A stretch of 64,000 nucleotides of DNA from Paramecium tetraurelia (Eukaryota): assembly GCA_000165425.1 (NCBI GenBank), contig CT867997.1, positions 1 to 64,000 on the forward strand. Reading direction: 5' to 3'. Positions 24,561-37,890 of the stretch are shown piece after piece; the first letter of the stretch is position 1, and every line of letters starts with the position of its first letter. A model generated the notes under the pieces. The model searched no databases and was not told where the DNA came from. It was given only the letters and a program-made list of their open reading frames with translations. The position numbers and the translations under genes were made by a program.

Positions 24561-26070
24561 TCACATCTTACTAAAATCTGGTTTTAACATCATGTAACTT
24601 GATTTGCCTGCAGATTAATAAATTGAAGTAGGTAGACTTTTTCTCAAACCAACACTATTTCGTTTCTTCGATATATACAATGGAGTCAATTGTCTCACAT
24701 AGTCTATTAATTTTTATTGATCTTCAGTGACAACTGATAACGCATTCTATTTTAGCTTTTTCTTCTATTAATAAGCACTTATTCCAGATTTTCCACTTTA
24801 TTGCAATTTGATGTTTTCAATATATTAAGATACAGTCATCAATCCATCTTGCCTATTTAATTTAGCCAATGAGTAGTTAACAAAAACACTCTCAGGTTAT
24901 TTATTTACCTTCTTTAATTGAGTTTAAGATTATGTGTACATTGAACTAGTTCTTATTATTTAAAGAGAAGGTTAAGCTTTTTCAGCAGGGTTCTTAAAAT
25001 TTTGAATGGGCTGTAAATTCATAAATAAAGGATAAGTGGGTTTCATTTCTGGTTTAGGCGGAGCTCGAGGTTTATTAACTTGAATGTATTTAGTTATTGC
25101 TTCACTCTACTTTGAATTCTTTAAGGTGATGTATTCTTGAAATTGTTCAAACAGTTTTTCTAATGAGAAATGAGGATCTTATAATTTAGTTTAATATGCT
25201 TCCACTAAGGAATGAGTTGGTACAAATAACAGATCACATTCCAATGAATAACATTCTGCTAATTCATTTCTATGAGTGACTCTGGTAAATAATTCCATTT
25301 CCCCAAATTATTGGTCCTTGGAAAGAATATTTTGAATGACTAATTTCTTTCGAGACTTTTTTGTATTTGATATATCATCTTGAGATTATGTCTGTAATTC
25401 TACTAATTTCTTAATGCATATCTCCCCTTCTAGTACCAAATAGAATCCTTTTACAGAGTCACCGATTTTGTAAACTGATTGAGCCTTTTATAATTTTATT
25501 CGAGATGATTCGTGGATTAGCATTGATATGAGAACTGATGGTTCTTGTTATAAAAAATAAACTTTGCTCAAGGATTCTAACACTTAATATTCGCATAAAC
25601 TATAATAATTTTCTTTGTTAAATAAAATTTACTATACTTATTATCTATTGTATACGAACATCCTTAATTATGGTTAGAGTGCAATGAGACAAAGCTAAGA
25701 TCTAATAAAATTCCTTATCATTTGCCAAATAATCTAAACCATAATAGAATGGTTAATCTGTCAAAAGTTCTAATTCTTGTATTAATTATTGATTTTCAAT
25801 CTATATTCTCTACAGTTTGGCTTTCCCTTCTACCAAAGTAATATACGATCCAATATATTATCCTTCAGTTAATAATAGTAATACTCAAGCCATCTTCGAA
25901 TTAGTGGATAGTAAGCTTGATTACTACTGTTTACCAGCAAAGCAAACTAAAATCCAATTTCATGAACTTTTCAACATTTAAATTGGGCTTTTTCTGAAGG
26001 ATGATAATTTTAGCTTACTAACAATTTAATCAAAATAACTTACTTCTATGATTGTCTCTTTAGGTAACAT
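24561..26070 (-). CDS. Cyclic-nucleotide-binding domain protein
   Basis: YKIGDSVKGFYLVLEGE...DQQFGEMELF..R..LAECYSLECDLLFVP. Confidence 0.75.
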
Positions 26071-26269
26071 TTATTATAAAAGTGTAATAAATTTATTTTC
26101 ACAATTTCTAATTTTTACAATAGAAAATTTCAACCAGAAAAAGAAAAGGTATGAAACTAAATTTAAGGTTGATTACCATATGATTTAGGATTTTGACTAA
26201 AGGCTAAATCTACTGATTGGATTTGAAGAAATGAAATCTAATTATTTATAATTTAGTATAAATGTGATA

Positions 26270-27199
26270 TCAGTTATTTAAATCATCAAAATAAGCATGT
26301 TTTAGGGCTTCCTCTGCAGTGATTCTAGCATAAGGGTCATAAACAATCATCTTTGAAAGGAGATCTAAGCCCAATGGACATAAATTATTAATGTCCTTGC
26401 CTAAAGTGGCTGCTGAATTAGTGGGAGTTGGCCATCTTGGGAAAGTGCTTTTAAAGTCTGGTAAAGTGCTGACTCCAGGCCAAGTAGATTCTTTAGGAGT
26501 ACCCATAATCTTAAATATCTTAAATAACTAATCGATTTCTGAATCTCCACAAAATAATGGTCTCTTTTGAGCCATTTCAGCAAAGATGCATCCCAATGAC
26601 CAGATATCGACTGGAGTAGAGTATTGTCGTTACCCTAGCAAAATCTCGGGTGCTCTGTACCATAAGGTAATGACTTCGTGAGTATAGGTTTTAAGAGGTA
26701 AACCAAATGCTCTGGCTAATCCGAAGTCTGCAATTTAAGTGTTTTGTTATTTGATATCTACTAGTATGTTCTATGGTTTTAGGTCTCTGTGAATAACTCT
26801 GTTTTGATGACAATAGTTGAGGGCTTGTAACATTTGGTAGATGAACTTCTTCACTTACATTCTATCTAACTAAGGCACACTTTCCATATATTTTTTAAGA
26901 TCCAAATCTACAAAATCAAAAATTAAATATAATCTTGATTCATCATAAACTACGTCTTTCAAGGGAACAATATTTGGATGTTGAACCTATTATATTTAAT
27001 TTATTGTTACCTCTTTCAATAATGAAATTTCTCTAATCGCCGTTGATGGAACACCTTCATCCTCATGATCCATTCTAATTTTTTTTAGAGCCACGATTTC
27101 ACCAGTTTGATTGTCCCTTGCTTTATAGACTAGTCCATAAGTGCCTTCTCCTATTTTTTCTAATTTTTAATATCTTTCTTCGCTTTATGCAAAATCCAT
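26270..27199 (-). CDS. CDC2: Cyclin-dependent kinase, CDK1/cdc2 family
   Basis: [61 protein letters not shown]; one intron near 26985-27011. Confidence 0.97.
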
Positions 27200-27347
27200 A
27201 ACTAACAGTAATTCGTTAATTTTAATATTTATTATTCCCGTATTTATAAACAACTTTAATACTAATTTATTCTCTCGTTGTTAAAGATAGTGTTTATTAG
27301 TCGAATAAATAATCAAGATGATTAAATATAAAATTAAATTAAATAGG

Positions 27348-27575
27348 ATGTTAAGGAGGAATCTCTTTTACTATTGTAAGTTTTGTAATAAAGACACGGA
27401 GGGCGAAGAATTGTACACGAAAAGTGAGATGACCAACCTTTGTTACTTCTTATTATTCCTCTGTTTCATCGTGCCTGGTCTATTTGCAATGACAACCAAC
27501 AAGTTCAGAGATAAACGAATATTTTGTACCTACTGCGGAGCATAAATAATAAAAGAGAAATACACGATATTTTGA
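27348..27575 (+). CDS. Small LITAF-like zinc-ribbon membrane protein
   Basis: CKFC, a hydrophobic segment (CYFLLFLCFIVPGLF), then CTYCG. An upstream ATG at 27318 is also possible. Confidence 0.65.
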
Positions 27576-27672
27576 AATTCTATATATAGTTATTGCCAGC
27601 TATAAAAGTTTAAATCTAGAAGAAATGTATATATTTTAACAATATCTATTGTATTATTAATAAAATAATGGA

Positions 27673-28926
27673 TCAAATTTAGACGATAGCATAACGATTA
27701 CGATATGCTCCTCCTAATTCAAGGACTTTAGCATTTTGATTTTAAAACACAGAGGCAACATCGTTGGTGATAATTCCAGTTGAAAGATCTTCAATTCCAC
27801 CTCCAAAGAACTTCTTTCTGTAATAAAGCTTACCATCCTCAGTTGCAACTACGATGCATCTATAACAACATCCAATATTGGTGATTTTAGCGATTCCTTC
27901 GGGTAGAGGAAATCTGAATAAATTAAATATGAATTTACCTAGCTGGAGAGTATTCAGCTTTGCTGCCAGACCAATAAACTTCATTATTATCTAAGAGTAC
28001 TGCAACAAGATCTTCTGCGACAAAAAAATCTACAATCTTGTTATCTCCAAACTTGTCTCTCAATCCCTAAGTTGGAAAATTGACTGTCTCATAAATTTCA
28101 ACTCCAATCTCATTCTTGGTACCCATTTGGCCAAAGTCATTGCTACCCCATCCATAGAGATGGCCATCACTCATCAAAGCCATTGAATAGTTATTGCACG
28201 ACTTTAATTTAACAATTGAAAGATTTTAAATTTTCTTTAGATAATCCTCAAAGAACTCATTTCTTTTGGGAATGTTGTAAGACTTATTATTTCCATCTCC
28301 AAAGACACCATAATCGCCTTTACCCCACACATATAATTCGTTGTTTTCATTTATGGCATTTGTGAATCTCAATCCTGATTGTACATGTTGAATTTTCTTG
28401 AGTGTTCTTAATGCCTTCACTGGAGTAGGTGTGTATCTATTTTTTGAATCGCCATGACCTAAAGCTCCAACTTATAAAAATAACAAATCCATCATGAAGT
28501 TTTACTCTTTGCCTCCATATCCCCATGTCCACACATCTCCATCATGAGTTAGAGCTACTGTATGATAATCTCCCAGTGCTACTTATTTCACCTTAAGGTT
28601 ATGTTTTGTAAAGAATTCAACCAATTGAGGTGTATTATAATCCTTATCTAATTTGCAATCAGATCAATACCATTATTGTGTCCCAATTATCCGCTATTAC
28701 CAGTCCCCCATGTGTAGAGTTCTCCATCACTTGTGATTAAGGCTGAGTGGTTTTAACCCATTTAGACTTATGCGACATTATTATTAAATCCAGCGACTAA
28801 TTAAGGCATCTAAACTCCTTTCACTTATTATTGACTTCCTACTGCATAGCCTAAACTTCCATTAGATTAGCCCCAAGTGAACAAAGAACCTGTGCTAAAC
28901 AAGTACCTTCTGACACTTTTAAACAT
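27673..28926 (-). CDS. RCC1-repeat protein, probably mitochondrial
   Basis: MFKSVRRYLFST leader; repeated xGxxHxxxLTxDGxLYTWGxGxxGQLG units. Confidence 0.88.
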
Positions 28927-29072
28927 AAATTAATTATTATTTAATTAATTATGGTGAAGTATGAATAATTATTATAATATTAATTTTCTGAACATCTTAG
29001 TGTGGCCATTGTGTATCTTAATTTATTATGATTTTAAAGGACATTAATCAATAATTGGATATTTTTAAAAAT

Positions 29073-30547
29073 ATGATTAAAATACTGCAAAAATTCAATA
29101 GGACACTCTTTCATTTCTCTAAGGAAGTTTAGCTAAAGCAAAGTGAAACTTTGGGCAAAGGCTTTTATCAATAACAAATATTTACAGGATGCTTGGCTGA
29201 ATATGCTTATTATATTGAATCAAACAAAGAGGCCATCATCATCGACCCTCTTAGAGACATCCAACCATATCTGTAAATTAGCTTTATATATTTTTAGCAA
29301 TATTGCAAAAGAGAGAGGAGCAAAAATAAAATATGTCTTATTAACACATTTCCATGCAGATTTCATAGCTGGACATTTGAGCTTGTAGAGAGAAACAGAT
29401 GCATAGATAGTCATGGGTCCAAGGGCTACTGCTCCATTCATCAACAAAGTTTTGAATGACAACGAATTTCTGAAACTCGGAAAAGTTAAGATTCAAGCTC
29501 TACATACTCCAGGACACACCCAAGAATCAACCTGCTTTTTATTGTATGATGAAGAAGGCAAATAGCATAGGTATTGAAATTCCTGAACTTTTTAGCATCT
29601 ACACAGGAGATACATTGTTTTTAGGCGAAGTAGGTAGACCCGATTTGGCAGTCAAAAGCGATGTTACTCAATATGATTTAGCCTCAATGCTCTATGCTTC
29701 CCTTAGATAAAAAATATTGGGACTTCCCGACGAAGTTGTAGTATTCCCTGGTCATGGAGCAGGTTCAGCTTGTGGCAAGAACATCTCAGCTGGTTATAGT
29801 TGCAGTATTGGCAACCAAAAGAAGAACAATTACGCCTTACAAGAGATGGATTAAGAGACCTTTGTACAATTGGTAGCTAGTGATTTGCCCAAGCCCCCAC
29901 AATACTTTTTCTATAATGCAGGCTTAAACAAAACTAATCAATTTCAAGATCTAAATTTGATATTAAAGAAGGCTAATACAAAATTGACTCCAGCAAAAGT
30001 TGTCTCAAAATAAGGAATACAAATAATTGATTCTAGAAATTCTATATCTGATGGATTCATTCCTGGATCAATCAATGTGCCTCTTTAGATTCCATTTGCT
30101 CATTGGGTTGGTACACTTCTACCTCATGACAGAGAAATCGTGATTGTATGTGAACCTGGATTTGAAGAATAAACTATCATGAGACTTTCTAGAATTGGTT
30201 ATGACAATATAATTGGTTATTTACATTTTGAGGATTGGAAAGCAGCAGGAAATTCTATCAGCAAACCAACAGAGTTAGAGGTTTAAGATTTTCTGAAGAG
30301 GAGCAAACTTGCATAAATTGTTGATGTTAGAACCAAAGAAGAATGGGGCAGAGGTATTTTGAAACATGCACAACTCATTACACTTGGTGAATTACCTTAA
30401 AATTTAGAGAAATTAGATAAGTTAAGAGATATTAGCATATATTGTGGAACTGGATAAAGAGCAAAGATAGCTCATACATTATTGGTTGCCAATGGATTTA
30501 CAAGAGTGTAATATTGCAAAGTAGGATATGATGATATCATTAAGTGA
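29073..30547 (+). CDS. Metallo-beta-lactamase-fold persulfide dioxygenase fused to two rhodanese domains (CstB-like)
   Basis: QIFTGCLAEYAYYIES, LTHFHADFIAGH, HTPGHT, TGDTLFLGEVGRPDL, PGHGAGSACGK; rhodanese IIDSR..GFIPGSIN and IVDVR..EW..IYCGTGQRA; two introns. Confidence 0.92.
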
Positions 30548-30627
30548 AGTTTAATATTTATTATAGTGATAAAATCTTTCAGTATGTTTATTTTTTTATA
30601 TAATAATCAGTTTCAGTTCGCAAACCC

Positions 30628-30873
30628 TCATTATTACCTGGCCAACGGTTTATCTGGATTATTCGATATCAAATATTGAGCAATAAAATCAATGGGGTTG
30701 GAAGGTCTTTAATAAATTAAACTAACTCACCTCACTTTAGCGACTTCAGTCATTGCTTAAAGTAGGATTGGAACGACAGTTTAATCCAAATAATTTCTAA
30801 TGGGAAGTGATTGCAATTGCTTCATTCTCTAACATAAATATTAAATCTTGATTACTTCGTCTTCGCTTGACAT
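30628..30873 (-). CDS. DPY30: Dpy-30 motif protein
   Basis: [41 protein letters not shown]; two introns. Confidence 0.9.
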
Positions 30874-30901
30874 GTATTTTTTATTTGAAATTTAATTAAT
30901 A

Positions 30902-32142
30902 TCATTTATTTAATAAAAATGCAATTAGAAATACAACAAATCCAGCCATCGTTCCAAAACTCGAAAAATAATACGGAAAGGCTTAAACCAAATATCTTCC
31001 ATATTCATCATGTCTAAACGGTCGTACAGTTATTTTTTCGGCTATTTTTAAAAATGTATATCCAGGTTTCAAATAATTTATTTTAAATTAAAATACACCA
31101 TAGACATCTGGTATCTAATAACTTATAAATTAAAACATTACTTTAAACTACAATTCATACTTTGCTCCATCTCCTTTTTTCAAGGGGAGTCTGTAATATG
31201 GGTCTAACATTACGAATTCTAAAATGACATCATTATCTGTGGAAACATAAGGGACCCACTTATCCTTTTAGTGATCCCATTCAAAGATGTCAATTGAGAA
31301 GTAGCAATCCTCTCTCAATCTATAATTATAAGGTTTGATATCATCAGAATCTAATCTTCTATGAATCAGATTTTCTGCTTTTAAAATCTTTGATTATCCA
31401 AAACCCCATAGAATGATTTCCTAAGCCAATTCAAAGTTTCCCAAATTGGAATTGTTCAAAAATTCATCACTCAATATTTCCCAAGACCCTGTTGCCACAA
31501 ATCTTGCATTATTTCTCCCTTAAGTTGCTCCAACATAAATAATATTATGACTAAGATTGGGACCTGAAAAGGCTGTTTCTGACCCTCTCACTAAACCATA
31601 CACTTAAAATGTTTCATATGGGGTCATTGCTAATCCTGCTCCTTAATGGGCTACGGGCTTATCTACTTTAAGAATATTCACATTGCTAGTGGTAACAATA
31701 TTTTGATTCCCCTTGATGTTATTGAAATAATCCACCACAGACGAGCCCTACAATAGTCTTTTGATATTACGTATTCATGCATGTCTAAACCAAAACTATT
31801 TAAGAACTTTCTGAAATACTTAGATTGGTCAGTTGATCCCAATAATAAAATATTTCTACCAGAGTCGTAAAAGTCCAATAATTCTTAGGTGCTGACTTTC
31901 AAATCGTTTGTAGTGCTAAATAATACAAGATGATCGTATTGCCACTCTCCAAACAACTACAAATTGAATGTATTTGATTAGATGTTTTTATAATCCACTC
32001 TGAATGATTTATTCAATAAGTTGAAAAATTGCGAATGTGAAACATAAATTGCTGGATTATCAGATAGCACTAGCACTTTCTTTTGATTGTTAGGAGTCCC
32101 AGCAAAAACTAACCCAAGTATTAAAATTAAAAATTTAATCAT
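30902..32142 (-). CDS. OST48: Oligosaccharyltransferase 48-kDa subunit (OST48/Wbp1)
   Basis: Signal peptide MIKFLILILGLVFAG; GEWQYDHLVLF; QGENNARFVATGS; EFVMLDPYYR; PDVYGVFQFK; C-terminal TM. Confidence 0.92.
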
Positions 32143-32159
32143 TATTTTATGAAAGAAGT

Positions 32160-32492
32160 TCATTCAATATCTTAAAGTACATTAAGCTTATTTATTTCAT
32201 CAAATAGTTCTTCGAATACCCAAGATTGGGATTCAGAAATTGCTTTTATTGAAGATAACTATTCCTCAACTTCGACTGCTTCATTTTCCATTTACTCAAC
32301 ATGTTATTGATTATCTTAAATTTTACTTTTTTATTTGGTTCTTTTTTTCTTTAGACCCTTATCTGAAGTATTTTAAATGTATTTTTCCCCTACTTCACTA
32401 ACTATCACTTTACGTATTTTGTTGCATAAATTTTCGATTGAATTTGATGACTCCTCCTGATTTTATTAAGAAACCTTCCTTTTTGATAACAT
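32160..32492 (-). CDS. Small hypothetical charged protein (~110 aa)
   Basis: Open code-6 frame MLSKRKVSQQNQEE...WVFEELFDEINKLNVLQDIE*. Confidence 0.55.
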
Positions 32493-33465
32493 CTAACTAA
32501 TATTAATTATAAATTAATAAATTATTATTATCCTAAAATCATTCTTATTGAAATCAAAATACGATTAAATTAGAATTAAAAATAATCACAAAAGAAAAAC
32601 TTATTATTCATCCGCATCATCTTTCAACAACCGTCTAAGGAAGGTGAACATTCCCGATTTAAAATTTATAGCTAATCAGGATTACCAAATATTTTTACAA
32701 TTTAAGCGAACCATTATAGAAAATCATTTCATTAAATGCATCTTTCTATTTAACATTATTTATGTGAGTTCCTACATCTGATTATTTTTAAATACATTAG
32801 ATAATTTATAAATAATTAGGAGCTTATCTCATTAATGCAAAACAGTAGTTAATATTTAAATGATTAAAATTAACACAACTACTAATATTATTTCCACTAA
32901 ATTTTAGGAGATATTAAACCCAAATTTTATTTTAAAGCATAAAAACAATCATGGTCCAAAGTTATTAAGGTCTATCAAAAAATATATTGATCTTGATTTA
33001 AATAGATGGGCTTTAAATTCAAAAGTTTACTCTTACCAGAAAAAGTGAAGGATTTTTGATATTGTTTTTCAAGAAAATCATTCAATCTCTCAATTTATAT
33101 TTGATTTACATTCATTCTTTACTTCATTTTATCATTCTGAATGCTCAAATTGCCTCATTTTACAAGTATAAATTAAGTTGCCTCTCCATATCATTCACTA
33201 TTGCTGAATACTGAGTAGTGAGATAGTGCAATTAATAAAGATTCTCTTAATTCAGACAAAGGCAATCAAATCTTATTTTAATTCTATTTAAAAAATATAG
33301 CAGTTTTATAGTATTTGGATGAATTTCTCAAATTACCTTTTATTGGTTTCTGCACCTATTTGAAGTGGTTTTCATTTGCAATCCAATTTATTAATATCTA
33401 AAAGTGAATATTATTAATTCTTAATATTTATTTATTCGCCTTTTATATAAATAATGACTTAGTGA

Positions 33466-33598
33466 TTATATGAATTCATAAATTACTTTATCGGAAATTT
33501 TCAGAAGTAATTCATTCATGTTTTATAATAAGGAATTACATGAGTGAATAAAAATTTTATATGAATTCATCAATTACTTTATCGGAAATGTTCAGAAG
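33466..33598 (+). repeat. 42-bp direct repeat duplicating the start of the Vti1-like gene
   Basis: TTATATGAATTCAT(A/C)AATTACTTTATCGGAAAT(T/G)TTCAGAAG at 33466-33507 and 33557-33598; offset 91, 2 mismatches. Confidence 0.9.
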
Positions 33599-34171
33599 CT
33601 ATGAGTAAGACTATAAGGCTCACATGGAATCAGTCATGCATTATCTCCTTAAAATAAGTAATGATAGAAAGGATGACAATAATAAAAGTTTCTCCAAAGT
33701 TTGTGATAGACTTCAATAAGCTGAATAATGTGTAAACTAATTTCAATATATCATTTTCAGATAAAATAGATGGAGTTGGAAGCATCTACTTTATCTGTTA
33801 GCTATAAAAAAGAATTAATGGAGACAGTAAAATAATATAAAAGAGATATGGCTAAAGTTGAAAAGGATTTTAAACAATTATAGTTAGGTCAATAGGAGGA
33901 ATCGAGCAGAGAAAAATTATTTAACGATAGATAAATTAATCAAACCATATTAAAATAAGATGATCGCTTAATTCGACAAACTCTAGAACTAGAAGCAGCC
34001 AAAAGAACTGCTTATTTGACTGAATAATAAGTGAATTAAATATCTATTAATTTACACTCTTAATCAATAAACTTAAGTAATTCAATTAGGAAGACTTAGT
34101 ATATTAGAGAAGACTTGGGAGAATCTAATAGATTAATGAAAATTATGAAAAACAAGAGTTGGTTTTTTTGA
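33561..34171 (+). CDS. Vti1-like Qb SNARE, apparently lacking a C-terminal TM anchor
   Basis: SEMFRSYEQDY, IKQMELEA, KQYKRDM, REKL, LEAAKRTAYLTEQ..ISINLHSQ..LGESNRLMKIMKNKSWFF*. Confidence 0.75.
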
Positions 34172-34220
34172 TTTGGAATTCATTTTTAATTTTTCATAAT
34201 TATAATTAATTGAAAACTAA

Positions 34221-35740
34221 ATGGCGGAACTCTTAGAGGATTTATTAAAATAAAAAAGGGACAACTTTAGAGTTGAAATAAGAAGAAAGGCCACTGAAGA
34301 GCTTTTTAGGCAAAAAAGAAGAATGCTAACTAATAATGATCAAACTGAGTTGACTGATGAAAAAGTACATCTATGGTACAAGAATTTAGTGAACTAAAAT
34401 TATGAGGAAACTTTAGATGAAATTATAAATTACGTAAAGACCTCAAATGCTGAAGTAATAGGAGTTATCTTATTATTAGTTTAGTTTAGGATTAATTAAC
34501 AAACATGAAATATATCCATTATTGTTAAATATTTGGTATAAGCAAGAATTAGATTACAGTATTATTTAAAAGTTGCTTTTTATATTTGCAGATTTGCATT
34601 TCTATAATGTCTTTGATGATTTGAAGTTTTTACAAAATGAATCTATTATGAGAAAATTGTTCGACTTGTTACAAATGGCATCGTAAAAGATTCAATCTCT
34701 AATATTCTTTTTATTAGCTAATCTAGTTGGTATGGATAATGGAATCAAAGCTAGACAATTGGCAGATTATAGATTTTGTTCTTTTATCAGAAAATTGTGG
34801 ATATAGAAACTAATTCACTTCGAAGTATTGTTTTAATATTTATATTCAGGTTGAAAATATCAAAGATTTCTGTTGGTTCTTAAGCAATTTTTTTAAATAT
34901 GATCCAAGCAATGTGGCTGGTTTTACTTTGAGTGAAGTATATTGTCTTTAATTTATAAAGGTAAAAGAGATTGTGCCAATCGTATTAGAATGCATCGATT
35001 AAAATGATAAGGAAATAAGATCATATTCCTTAATGACTCTAAAATATATGTGTTAAGCCAAAGAAGAAGTATATTCGATGATCCTCAAAGAACTCAAGGT
35101 CTTTAACAATTTAATGAATTTGCAGCTGGTAAGTGCTGATGAAGACGTGTAATTGTTGACAACTGAAATCATAGCATCATTTGCTCTGGCAGATGATGAA
35201 ATAACTGCATAGTTGGTGAATGAGTTCAAAATCTTAGATTTCTTTTTATAAATCTACATCCAACAAGGCAGAAACAAATAGAGAGAATTCAAAAAAATAA
35301 TATTATGGGGATTGACTAACTTATGCTCCAATAAAAATGTAGAAGTCTTATAAACTATAATAAAACACAACCTTATTAGAGTTATGGAAATGGATGAAAA
35401 TGAAACTGAAATTATCAAAGATATTCTGGAAGTTATTAGATCTCTTTCACAATTACAAAATACAGATTTACTTGAGTATGTACTAATGAGTAGAAATTTT
35501 GTTGATATTGTTATGAATCAGCTCAAATTAAAGACATCAAAAGCTATTGTTTTGACTTGTTTAGATATTGTATATAACTTTGCCTATCGAATTGGCCAAA
35601 ATACATAAAGCGATGTCAATAGAGCAATTTCAACCTTTATTTCGAAAGGCTTTGATACTATACTTAATCAATTTGATTTAGATTCTGATCCTGACATCAA
35701 TCTTTAAGCTCAAAGAATAGCAGAAGCTTTCCTTTAATGA
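34221..35740 (+). CDS. Divergent importin-alpha-like ARM-repeat protein
   Basis: IBB-like KRDNFRVEIRRKATEELFRQKRR; ARM-like CWFLSN, ILWGLTNL. Confidence 0.75.
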
Positions 35741-35830
35741 TTTGATATAATTAATTCAAATTTACAATTTAATTAACACATAGCTTACATTCTTCATTGT
35801 AATACACTATAATAATGCATTTATTCTTTT

Positions 35831-35874
35831 TTTATCATAATATTCTCCATTTTTATCATAATATTCTCCATTTT
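35831..35874. repeat. Two-copy 21-bp tandem duplication
   Basis: TTTATCATAATATTCTCCATT occurs twice back to back in an intergenic region. Confidence 0.85.
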
Positions 35875-36274
35875 AAAGGGTTTATATCAATTGAGCGGAT
35901 TTTTCTTAATATTACTTATTCATTCTTTACTTTCTGAATAAGAATATAATTATTGCATCAATATGATATAATTTTCATCACTCTTTATGAACAACATCAA
36001 AAACATGTGAAAAAGGTGCCCATCAAGAGAATATACACTTTTTATAATTTCTTCAGGTTACAACAATGTAATCAGTTTGCCTAGTCGAAAATTCTATTTA
36101 TTTTTAGTCAAATCTTAAAGATTGAAAACATAAAAGCATTGTCTTTTTAAGATTAAATTAAAATGTTTTACTAATTTTTTTTCTATCATAAAATATCAGA
36201 CCAAAATTTTAGGGACCTTTGAATTCTCTTAAATTAATTAGACATTAATTAAAAATAAATTAATTTTTAAAAAC

Positions 36275-37778
<1,504 letters not shown>

Positions 37779-37890
37779 TGAGTATTATATAATAATATAA
37801 TAAATCAATTTGATCTTACTTTATATATCTATTTATCATATCAAATTTTTAGGGTTTATATTTTAATAATTATGGAAATGCAAAATTGAA

